A stretch of 64,000 bases of DNA from a virus (lineage: Duplodnaviria > Heunggongvirae > Uroviricota > Caudoviricetes): the IMG/VR virus record IMGVR_UViG_3300044673_000278, positions 123,694 through 187,693 of that record; one strand, given 5' to 3'. Position 1 is the stretch's first letter, and every line of letters begins with the position of its first letter. This document shows, one piece after another, positions 55,901-64,000 of this stretch. The notes beneath the pieces were generated by a model, which made no database searches, had not been told where the DNA came from, and saw nothing but the letters and a program-made list of their open reading frames with translations. Both the position numbers and the translations under genes were made by a program.

Positions 55901-58900
55901 CAATCTTTGATTGGTTGGCAGAATGCAGTGGCTCCAACCAGAGTATATCAGCAATTTAAATTTGCATACGACGGCAGACCGCTGACTGTGGACGTTCGTG
56001 CCAATGACGCTGGCACCGTGCCAGTGATTAAAATTTATGTTGGATCAGCGTATGTATTGCCACGAGACTTTACCTATACACGTACCAGCAATACTACCAC
56101 AATTACTCTGTCCAAAGTTTACGCACCTGACGACATCATTGAAGTGCTGGTGCTCAGCGATCAAACCAGCAAAACTGGATTCTATCAAGTTCCTATCAAC
56201 TTGGAAAACAATCCGCTGAACGGCAACAGTGACACTTTCACTCTGGGTACAGTTCGTCAACACTATCAGACAATTTGCGAAAACCTCAGCACATTCTCAG
56301 GATCAATCTCTGGCGCTAACAACACTAGAGACCTGGGAAATATTGTTCCCTATGGACTGAAGATTCTTCAACAAAGTTCTCCGCTGACCATGGCTGGCTA
56401 TTTCATGCGCAGCGAAGAATACAATGTATTCAATTCGTTGGTTTACAACAGTCGTGAGTATATCAAGATGAAAAACTTGATACTCAACAATGTAACTCAA
56501 CAAAACATACAGTTCCAGACTCCGGCGCAGATACTGGACGAAGCAATAGAAATGCTAACTGCTGGTCGAGTAGAATCACAACCATTCTACTGGAGTGACA
56601 TGTTGCCGTCAGGCGCTGTGTACACTGATACAACCTATACCATTGGTTTTACAACCACCGACGTGTTTGATACAGTGTTGGTACATGATTATACCAAGTC
56701 GAATTATCAGGGTATGAACGTGTATCTCAACAACGTAATTCTCACAAGAAACCTAGATTATGTTGTGGCTACCGACGGTCCTCGTATCACTGTATTGACT
56801 AACTTAAATGTTGGCGATGTACTGGTCATTCGTGAATACACAGCAACCTATGGTAACTTTGTACCAAACACACCGTCTAAGATGGGTCTGTACCCAGCTT
56901 GGCGTCCTGAAATAACCACTATTGTATCATCGACTGGAACACAAGAAGTTATTATTGGGCATGATGGTTCTGTGACACCAGTGTTTGGTGATGTTCGTGA
57001 CGATGTATTGTTGGAATTCGAAACTAGAATTTTCAACAATATCAAGATGGATGACAATCCTATTCCTCTAACTGTGGCAGACGTAATTCCGGGTCAGTTC
57101 CGCGTTACTGGTTATTCAAACAACGAGATCAACGGTATCCTTGATCAGCAGTTTTTGAGCTATGTTGCTTGGAACAAGCTGGATTACAACACTCAAAATT
57201 ACAGTGCCAGCAACGAGTTTACTTGGAACTATAGTTCAGCACAAAACAAACTCAACAATCAAAACTTGTTGGGCGCCTGGCGCGGCATCTATAGATATTT
57301 CTACGATACACAACAACCAGAATTAACACCTTGGGAAATGTTGGGCCTCACAGTAAAACCAGACTGGTGGGACAACACCTACGGTACTGCACCGTATACA
57401 TCTGGAAACTTGGTGTTGTGGGATGACCTTGAAGCTGGTTATGTTAGAGATCCTGTGGCTCCTTACTATAACTTGCAATATGCTCGTCCAGGTTTGACTC
57501 AGGTAATCCCTACCAGCGACGAAGGTGAATTGCTGAGCCCGTTTGACTGTGTTGTAGGAACATACGACAACACACAATTCCGCAAGAGTTGGGGCACTGC
57601 CGACGGCGGTCCTGTGCAAGCATCGTGGTACAACAGCTCAGACTATCCTTTTGCTGTGATGCGTTTGTTGGCGCTGACCAAGCCGGCACAGTTCTTTGCA
57701 CTGTTTGCTGACAGAGATTTGTATCGATACAACGCTGACCTTGATCAGTACCTGTACAACAATCGTTATAGACTCGACGCCAATGGCGTTGAAGTGTATG
57801 GCAACGGATTGAGCAAAGCCAGTTTTATCAACTGGATTGTAGATTACAACCGTCAGAGTGGACTGGACTCAACTGCGGATCTAACAGCCAATTTGGCTAG
57901 CCTTGATGTTCGCCTGAGCTATCGTTTGGCCAGCTTCTCAGACAAGCAATACATTAAGATTTTCACTGAAAAGTCCAGCCCTAATTCTACCAATACTTCA
58001 TTCTTGATACCAGACGAAAGTTATAACTTGATTCTGTACAAGAACCAACCATTTGAACGAATTACCTATAGCTCGGTGCTGGTCCAACAAGTGCCCGGCG
58101 GCTATTCAGTGTTTGGTTACAGCACTGTACAACCGTACTTTAATGTCTTGCGCAGTGTGCCCAACGGCAGATTGCAAACCATAAGTGTAGCCGGCGCAAC
58201 TGTGAGAGTTCCCACTACATATTCGGACACTGTGGTACAGATACCCTATGGCTATGTGTTTAACAACACAACGTCCGTGGTTGATTTCTTGCTGAGCCTT
58301 GGCAAATACTATGAGACACAAGGTCTAGAATTTACCAACATTGACAATGGTTATGTGCTGACATGGGGTCAAATGGCACAGGAATTCCTGTACTGGAGCC
58401 AACAAGGTTGGGACACAGATGCATTGATTAACCTCAATCCGCTGGCAACCAAACTCAGTGTCACACGAGAGCAAGCTGTGGTTGATAGCATCAAAACACA
58501 GACCAGCCAGAACGTACTGTTGGATCAAAACCGTCAAGAACTACCAACCAAGAATGTAAACATTGTCAGAGTTGACAACACATTCTCTGTTCAGCCCCTA
58601 GTGGATCAAACACTGAGTTTTGTTGAACTCAATTATACTTCCTACGAACACATGATTGTGTTGGATAATGTCAGTGTGTTTGGCGACTTGATTTATCAAC
58701 CTATTACTGGCGCTCGCCAGAGCCGACTCAACTTGGTCATGACCAACAGCACCGACTGGAACGGCAGTGTTGACGCTCAAGGCTTTATTCTCAATCAGAA
58801 CAATGTAGAAGAGTGGACAGGACTGCGTACATACAGCAAAGGCGAAATCGTCAAGTACAAAAACAGATTCTGGAGTGCTGCTACCATTGTACAGCCCAGC

Positions 58901-61900
58901 GTTGAATTCAATTACAGTGACTGGTTGCAAAGCGACTATGAACAAATTGAACAAGGCTTGTTGCCAAACTTGGCCAACAAAGCTGATCAACTGGAAAACA
59001 GTTACAACATCAACACAGCCAACGTTGAGAGCGAAAATGACTTGTTCAGTTATGGACTGATTGGATTCCGACCACGCGAATACATGGCTGCATTGAACCT
59101 TGACGATGTAAGTCAGGTCAACATCTATCGACAGTTCTTGGGCAGCAAAGGTACTATTCTAAGTGCAGAACTGTTCAGTCAAGCCAACCTTGGCAAAGAA
59201 AGTGCTGATTACGATATCTATGAAAACTGGGCGGTACAACGTGCTGTGTACGGCGCTAATGCTAACCGCAGTTATGTAGAATTGCGACTGAACCGTGCGC
59301 TGTTGAGTGCAAGTCCTAGCACAATACAAGTAACAAATCCTCAGGAACCCAGCGTTGCAGATCAACAGATATTCCTGAGCAATGTTTGGAAACAAAGTTT
59401 CAAATTGACTTCTCCAGACTTCCTGCCGACTACCACTGAGCTGCCTACAGACATTGGTTTGCCCGGTGCTGGTTACGTCAATTTAAATGATGTTGATATC
59501 ACAATATTTGATATCAACGATTCAGACAACATCTTGGCCAATCTTGATCAAGTTGTTAATGGCGCTACAATTTGGGCAGCTAAAGTAAACAACTATGATT
59601 GGAATGTGTATCAGTGTGATGCTGTGCCTGGTGTGATCAGTCACGTTTGCGATAACTTAGACTTTACCAGCAGAGTAATTTTTACCCAGCAACACAATCT
59701 CACTGTTGGCGAAAAACTGATTATCAAGTATTTTGACACTGAAGTTGACGGCGTGTACGAAGTACTGTCAGTGCCAACGCTAACTGAAATTACCATTGCC
59801 TTCCAGTTTGCAGGAAATCGAACAGTTGTCAACGGCAACGGCATAGGCTTTACTCTAAAGAGCCTGCGAGTCGCTCAAGCCAGCGATGTTGTAGACTTAC
59901 CGTATGCCAACAACATTGGTACCAACATCAAAGTATGGGTCGACAACAACGGCGACAACCTCTGGGAAGTGTTGGAAAAAAATGTAGTGTTCAATCAGGT
60001 AACTGAACTTGCACCCAAAACTCTAGATGCTAGAGAAGAATTTGGTCGTTCTATTGCACAAGGCGGCGATCAATTTGCAGCCTTGGTAGGTAGCCCCAAT
60101 TACCTAGCAGGTACAGATCCTTACCAGCGCGGCGCAGTGTATGTCTATGTAAAAGATTTCAGCGGCAATTATCAACCAGTAAGCCCTGTAGATAATTCAG
60201 ATGCTATTTTGACTCTATCTGTAGAGCAAAGCGCCGGCGTTCCTGCAGTTCGAGGATATGGATACTCAGTTGACTTTGGCAACAAAGATTGGGCTATAGC
60301 TGGTGCACCTTATAGTCTTGGATCTGCAGGGCAGGCCAACAATGGATATGCTTGTGTAATTTACAGAGATCAGTCTTCGTACACTCCTGGCACCAATCCG
60401 TACTTCAACTGGCAAATGCTTACTACACCTGACAGTGTCAGTGTAGACCAAGGCAAGTTTGGTTACAGCGTAACCATGAGTCAGGACGAGCGTTGGATGT
60501 ACGTTGGTGCACCTGCTGTGAACAAAGTTTACGCATATGGTCGAGTTGACTGGCAAGATCAGACTGTGAATGCTCGTGGCGACGGCGCCACTACTACATT
60601 TAATTTTGATGACAATATCAAAATTGCAGCAAACACACAGATTCGTGTGACCTTAGACGGCGCTACACAAACATTGGGTGTTGACTATACAGTTAGTTCG
60701 CTGTCATCGGTTGTGTTTGCAACTGCACCAGCAGATGGTGTTCTTGTAACAATCACACGTATTTCTTTGTATCAGTTGACAACCAACGGAGTTACCACAT
60801 CGTTTGCGTTGGCACCTTACTTGTATCAAGTAGGATTAACTGACAGCACAATCAACAGTTTCAGCATTGAAATAGACACTGTGCTTCAGCGACCCAACAT
60901 TGACTATACATTCAATACATCAACCAAACAAGTGACATTTGCAGTGGCACCTGGATCTTCGGATGTTGTTATTGTACGAGCCAAAGGATACTGGCAGTAT
61001 GTAGACACACTTACAGCAGCCGGCTTAGCTAGCGATGCCAACTTTGGACAAAGTATCAGCTGCACCACAGATGGGCGACAAGTTCTAATTGGTGCTTCGG
61101 GCGTGGATGTTGGCAGCGAAGCTGATGCTGGATCGGTATATGTGTTTGACAGAAACGTTCAGCGATTCATCTACCAAGGCAGCAGTGACATTGTGTTCAG
61201 TGTCGATGGCACAGTCACCGAGCCTGTTAGTGTAATTGTAAACAATCAATTCTTGGTCAACGAACTATACAGCTCGCCGGCTGCTACCAATACATTCTCT
61301 GTGAGTGGCAACAATGTTACAATCAACTATCCGTTGAGCATTGGAGATATTGTTGAAATTGAAACCAATCAATTTGTACTTGCCCAACAGATCACACAGG
61401 ATGTACCTGCTGAGTTCTCTAACTATGGACAGAGCGTTGACATCTGTAATTACAATTGCAGTTTGTATGTTGGCGCACCTCAAAGCAGTATTCAAGTGTA
61501 CAAAGGTGGTGTTGTAGAACGACAAGTAAACCAAGCCAGAGTGTATGGCACAATTACTTCTACCGTTTCTAATCCTACCCTCACTGCTGGTGATACTCTG
61601 CGTGTCAACAACATTGACGTATTTGTTCCTGTGGCTCCCAACAACAACATTGCCGGCCTTGCTGCTGCAATTCAAAACACAGTTCCCAACACCACAACAT
61701 TGGTAACTGCGGACGGCAAGCTCACAATCAGTGTTGCAAATACCAACGCAGCACCATTTGGCAACAAGCTCCAAGTTGCTCCAGGCAGCATTGGATCAGC
61801 GTTTGATGATCTTGGTTTTGAAATGTTTGTGTACACACAAACTATCACAAGCCCTTATCCACAAAACTATGCACAGTTTGGTTACAGTGTAAACGTAGAT

Positions 61901-64000
61901 GACACTGCAACAACCTTGGTTGTTGGAGCACCAACAGGAACCACTTACATCATTGCTGTATGGGATGACAACACCACAGATTGGGATGCCGGCGCCACTG
62001 AATTCTTTAGCGGCGTGCCACAGAGCGGTGCTGTTTACACATACGATTATTTAAATGCAGCATCACCGTCTATAACCAACCCAGGAAAATTTGTGTTTGG
62101 TACACAGGTAGAAATCCCATCGTTGATCTACGGCGACAACTTTGGTACCAGTGTAAATTACGCTTCGGGCGTGCTGTGGATGTCTGCACCCGGTGACGAT
62201 TTCAACGATTCTTCGTCATCTAACTACGGTCGTGTATACGTTTGGAGTAACCCAACTCGTGAACCTACTTGGTTGCCTGTGAGACTTCAGCAACCTACTG
62301 TAGACATTCGCCTGTTGAACTCTGTGTTCTTGTACGATCAAGTTACATCAGCAACCACAGAGTTCTTGGATTTCTTCAACCCACTGCAAGGCAAGATCCT
62401 TGGTGCGGCACAACAGAACATTGATTACACAGGTGCTGTTGATCCTGCTGGATACAACGCTGGTCCAAGAAACAATCGTGGATCTACTTGGGGCAAAGAA
62501 CACGTAGGCGAAGTTTGGTGGGATATCAGTTCAGTGAGATTCATTGATCCCAACCAAGACGACATTGTTTATGCAAGCCGTCGTTGGGGTCAACTATTCC
62601 CGGGCAGCACCGTAAATGTTTATCAGTGGATTGAGAGCCCTGTACCGCCAGCTAACTATACAGGCCCTGGTACACCGCTTGACACATTGAGTTTCACCAT
62701 TAACAACACCCTCAATCAACAAGGTGTGTTCAGCACACAATATTACTTCTGGGTGCGCGGGTTGACCACAGTGGCCACTCAACGAGGTAAAACTCTAAGC
62801 GTTGACACGGTTGCAAGATACATTGAAAATCCACGTGCAACTGGTATTTCATACTTGGCACCCATTGATGCCAACACAGTGGCAATTTACAACTGCGAAA
62901 CATTGATTGAAGCACAAGATACTGTGCTGCACATCGAGTTTGATAGAGAGCTAACTGACGACAATGTTCACGTTGAATATGAATTAATTCCTCAGGATCG
63001 CGAAGACGGTTTCTTGAGCACTGGACTCTATAGAAAGTTCCAGGACAGCCTATGCGGTGTTGACACCGCTGGCAACCAAGTACCTGACTTGAACCTAAGT
63101 CCTGCAGAACGCTACGGTGTACAATTCCGTCCACGTCAGTCGATGTTTGTTGACAGATTTGCAGCACTGCAAAACTATGTCAACAAAGTTAACAATGTGT
63201 TGGCTCAATATCCTATCACTGAGATTCGCAGTTTTAACTTGTTAAACAGTGCTGATCCTGTGCCCAAAGCAGGTACAGGTGAATGGAACATGGAAGTAGC
63301 TAACCTTGAGATTCTTGGCTTCCAAAATATCTACGCAGTACCACTGGGTTATAGATATCTTGTGCTGTCTGACGCAGACAACCGAGGACTGTGGACCATC
63401 TACGAAGTTCAATCAGTAGCTGGCAGCACCCTGGGTGCTAGGGACCTAGTACTGATCAAAGTACAAAACTACAACACACCCGACTACTGGAACTATATCA
63501 ATTGGTATCGAGTAGGATACAACTCAAGTATCAAGCCAATTGCTGAAGTTCCTACATTCAGCAGCCTTGACACAATTGACGTGCCAGTTGGTAGTTCAGT
63601 CAAAGTCACCGCAAACGCCCAAGGCAAGTTTGAAATTTATCTGCTGACCGAACTTGGATGGGAGCGTGTAGGTCTCCAGGACGGAACCATTGCAATATCT
63701 AACGAAGTTTGGAATTACTCTATTGGTCGATTTGGGTTTGATGCAGAAGTGTTTGATGCTCAATACTACGATCAAGAACCCAGCATCGAAACTCGTAAGA
63801 TTATTCAAGCAATCAACGAAGAATTGTTAATCGACGAATTGGCTATTGAGCGTAACCGTGCGCTGATTCTAATGTTCAACTTTATTCTCAGCGAATTTAC
63901 AGCACCTGAGTGGTTGGTTAAGACCAGCTTGGTTGACGTTGACCACAGAATTCGTGAGCTGCTGCCATTCCAGAACTACAGCAGAGATAACCAAGAGTTT
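52940..64000 (+). CDS. Giant baseplate wedge/gp7-like structural protein, partial (>=3687 codons)
   Basis: Absent from the track because no stop occurs in the window. TAATG overlap with gp6; MARVRSVDFLPEIFRTDANKQFLAATLDQL...; same frame at spot checks and at the edge (RELLPFQNYSRDNQEF); contains FG-GAP and cupredoxin-like modules. Confidence 0.85.
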   Translation, partial: MARVRSVDFLPEIFRTDANKQFLAATLDQLIQEPKFKKTQGYIGRTVGPGVNPNDRYVVEPTKTRSDYQLETTVVNLRPETNIIQNAITYPGINDAIRLAGGNSSRPDRLYESDYYTWDPFVDFDTFVNFSQYYWLPNGPDAVEVSASTIPATENFVVTRENGVYTFSGLPGTNPNIELVRGGSYTFQVAQNAKETVNYRVGNQGNAAYLIDFVSNPTLTLARGNTYVFNVDTQGVYPFWIKTAPTTGTGDAYSIGVTRNGASTGLVTFVVPQDAPDTLYYISQTVSNMGGQINIVDGTPGTGPGFWIQTNPGVSGRIPTTPNISSRDVFGVVNNGEDLGVVTFDVPTRTAQEFFYNLDPTVQPVDLVTDLNFSQINNARLDQFVAQYGGIDGITSLEGRNLVFIGSSEDDAAWERTSFFDPLNAGLSNNGLPGSYDTLTYSEENLIPLADRRQIWQIGYVVDNGLTYLRLTKLTNIDELQKFSVRYGNVYSNTNWYKTNVGEIKQIPLLTAALNTLYYQDGTDPEIFGRITLLEQPEESTLFINNIIGQPNYTSPNGVEFTNGLKVVFRGDVRPASYKSGSIAFTCTATTAGTNTITTYSTEDLYPGLAVVFTDPTGGLVSGVTYYVSSVVNLFEFTVAATPGGLPVTLTNSTADFDALAIVYKEYYVSGVGTGIRLLPVTNFVTPETYVEASNDSSLPVPEEPDYLTIDRGSRDLNAWSRSNRWFHIDVINATSAYNGTIAVLDNNFRAKRPIIQFRPDLRLYNMGTQGKQPVDIIDFNETDALSNIQGATSYSVDGYSFVNGTRVIFAADEDNQVRNKIYVVEFITPDTVAPLIDQPIINLTLATDGNVEINESTLILQGQTLQGKTYWYDGVEWTEAQQKTAIQQAPLFDIYDSDGVSFGNRAVYPSSNFNGSKLFSYAIGDTGILDTVLKFPLKYLNIANVGDIVFDNNFYADTFVYTVNNVSTELPISRGYVREYATRTTYQSLIGWQNAVAPTRVYQQFKFAYDGRPLTVDVRANDAGTVPVIKIYVGSAYVLPRDFTYTRTSNTTTITLSKVYAPDDIIEVLVLSDQTSKTGFYQVPINLENNPLNGNSDTFTLGTVRQHYQTICENLSTFSGSISGANNTRDLGNIVPYGLKILQQSSPLTMAGYFMRSEEYNVFNSLVYNSREYIKMKNLILNNVTQQNIQFQTPAQILDEAIEMLTAGRVESQPFYWSDMLPSGAVYTDTTYTIGFTTTDVFDTVLVHDYTKSNYQGMNVYLNNVILTRNLDYVVATDGPRITVLTNLNVGDVLVIREYTATYGNFVPNTPSKMGLYPAWRPEITTIVSSTGTQEVIIGHDGSVTPVFGDVRDDVLLEFETRIFNNIKMDDNPIPLTVADVIPGQFRVTGYSNNEINGILDQQFLSYVAWNKLDYNTQNYSASNEFTWNYSSAQNKLNNQNLLGAWRGIYRYFYDTQQPELTPWEMLGLTVKPDWWDNTYGTAPYTSGNLVLWDDLEAGYVRDPVAPYYNLQYARPGLTQVIPTSDEGELLSPFDCVVGTYDNTQFRKSWGTADGGPVQASWYNSSDYPFAVMRLLALTKPAQFFALFADRDLYRYNADLDQYLYNNRYRLDANGVEVYGNGLSKASFINWIVDYNRQSGLDSTADLTANLASLDVRLSYRLASFSDKQYIKIFTEKSSPNSTNTSFLIPDESYNLILYKNQPFERITYSSVLVQQVPGGYSVFGYSTVQPYFNVLRSVPNGRLQTISVAGATVRVPTTYSDTVVQIPYGYVFNNTTSVVDFLLSLGKYYETQGLEFTNIDNGYVLTWGQMAQEFLYWSQQGWDTDALINLNPLATKLSVTREQAVVDSIKTQTSQNVLLDQNRQELPTKNVNIVRVDNTFSVQPLVDQTLSFVELNYTSYEHMIVLDNVSVFGDLIYQPITGARQSRLNLVMTNSTDWNGSVDAQGFILNQNNVEEWTGLRTYSKGEIVKYKNRFWSAATIVQPSVEFNYSDWLQSDYEQIEQGLLPNLANKADQLENSYNINTANVESENDLFSYGLIGFRPREYMAALNLDDVSQVNIYRQFLGSKGTILSAELFSQANLGKESADYDIYENWAVQRAVYGANANRSYVELRLNRALLSASPSTIQVTNPQEPSVADQQIFLSNVWKQSFKLTSPDFLPTTTELPTDIGLPGAGYVNLNDVDITIFDINDSDNILANLDQVVNGATIWAAKVNNYDWNVYQCDAVPGVISHVCDNLDFTSRVIFTQQHNLTVGEKLIIKYFDTEVDGVYEVLSVPTLTEITIAFQFAGNRTVVNGNGIGFTLKSLRVAQASDVVDLPYANNIGTNIKVWVDNNGDNLWEVLEKNVVFNQVTELAPKTLDAREEFGRSIAQGGDQFAALVGSPNYLAGTDPYQRGAVYVYVKDFSGNYQPVSPVDNSDAILTLSVEQSAGVPAVRGYGYSVDFGNKDWAIAGAPYSLGSAGQANNGYACVIYRDQSSYTPGTNPYFNWQMLTTPDSVSVDQGKFGYSVTMSQDERWMYVGAPAVNKVYAYGRVDWQDQTVNARGDGATTTFNFDDNIKIAANTQIRVTLDGATQTLGVDYTVSSLSSVVFATAPADGVLVTITRISLYQLTTNGVTTSFALAPYLYQVGLTDSTINSFSIEIDTVLQRPNIDYTFNTSTKQVTFAVAPGSSDVVIVRAKGYWQYVDTLTAAGLASDANFGQSISCTTDGRQVLIGASGVDVGSEADAGSVYVFDRNVQRFIYQGSSDIVFSVDGTVTEPVSVIVNNQFLVNELYSSPAATNTFSVSGNNVTINYPLSIGDIVEIETNQFVLAQQITQDVPAEFSNYGQSVDICNYNCSLYVGAPQSSIQVYKGGVVERQVNQARVYGTITSTVSNPTLTAGDTLRVNNIDVFVPVAPNNNIAGLAAAIQNTVPNTTTLVTADGKLTISVANTNAAPFGNKLQVAPGSIGSAFDDLGFEMFVYTQTITSPYPQNYAQFGYSVNVDDTATTLVVGAPTGTTYIIAVWDDNTTDWDAGATEFFSGVPQSGAVYTYDYLNAASPSITNPGKFVFGTQVEIPSLIYGDNFGTSVNYASGVLWMSAPGDDFNDSSSSNYGRVYVWSNPTREPTWLPVRLQQPTVDIRLLNSVFLYDQVTSATTEFLDFFNPLQGKILGAAQQNIDYTGAVDPAGYNAGPRNNRGSTWGKEHVGEVWWDISSVRFIDPNQDDIVYASRRWGQLFPGSTVNVYQWIESPVPPANYTGPGTPLDTLSFTINNTLNQQGVFSTQYYFWVRGLTTVATQRGKTLSVDTVARYIENPRATGISYLAPIDANTVAIYNCETLIEAQDTVLHIEFDRELTDDNVHVEYELIPQDREDGFLSTGLYRKFQDSLCGVDTAGNQVPDLNLSPAERYGVQFRPRQSMFVDRFAALQNYVNKVNNVLAQYPITEIRSFNLLNSADPVPKAGTGEWNMEVANLEILGFQNIYAVPLGYRYLVLSDADNRGLWTIYEVQSVAGSTLGARDLVLIKVQNYNTPDYWNYINWYRVGYNSSIKPIAEVPTFSSLDTIDVPVGSSVKVTANAQGKFEIYLLTELGWERVGLQDGTIAISNEVWNYSIGRFGFDAEVFDAQYYDQEPSIETRKIIQAINEELLIDELAIERNRALILMFNFILSEFTAPEWLVKTSLVDVDHRIRELLPFQNYSRDNQEF

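Noticed and set aside
53745-63808. Scattered short ORFs in the track across the right end
   Set aside because: All lie within or antisense to the single uninterrupted gp7-like frame starting at 52940.
1-64000. Stop-codon reassignment as in some large phages
   Set aside because: Core genes are full-length in the standard code and tile the window; no fragmentation at TAG or TGA.
1-64000. tRNA, rRNA, integrase, transposase or reverse transcriptase (DGR/retron) genes
   Set aside because: None recognised. Fibre repeats lack the A-specific TR/VR pattern and no RT motif was seen; tRNAscan was not run.

Overview
The window comes from a large myovirus distantly related to T4, probably an aquatic jumbo-type phage. 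It reads cleanly in the standard genetic code. Left to right: (1) a minus-strand fibre/virion operon (1-19052) with three giant Gly/Asn/Thr/Ala/Val-rich repeat fibres and a partial ORF running off the left edge; (2) a plus-strand island of glycosyltransferase-like genes; (3) the minus-strand head module (portal gp20, small and acidic prohead core proteins, protease gp21, scaffold gp22, major capsid gp23) preceded by a tape-measure-like protein with a lysozyme-like domain; (4) gp26-like and gp51-like genes that appear joined by a -1 programmed frameshift, followed by an accessory cassette; (5) a ~460-nt ORF-free, densely base-paired region directly downstream of a small GIY-YIG gene, the best candidate for an undescribed ncRNA/RNP system; (6) gp46, gp47 and the gp55 late sigma factor under sigma70-like promoters; (7) the baseplate module (gp48/54-, gp53-, hub-, gp5-, gp25-, gp6-like) ending in a gp7-like ORF of >3687 codons that runs off the right edge. 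A TAAATA late-promoter core precedes many structural genes, often only 5-7 nt before the ATG, implying leaderless mRNAs. All family assignments come from motif recognition by eye; no database searches or folding programs were run.
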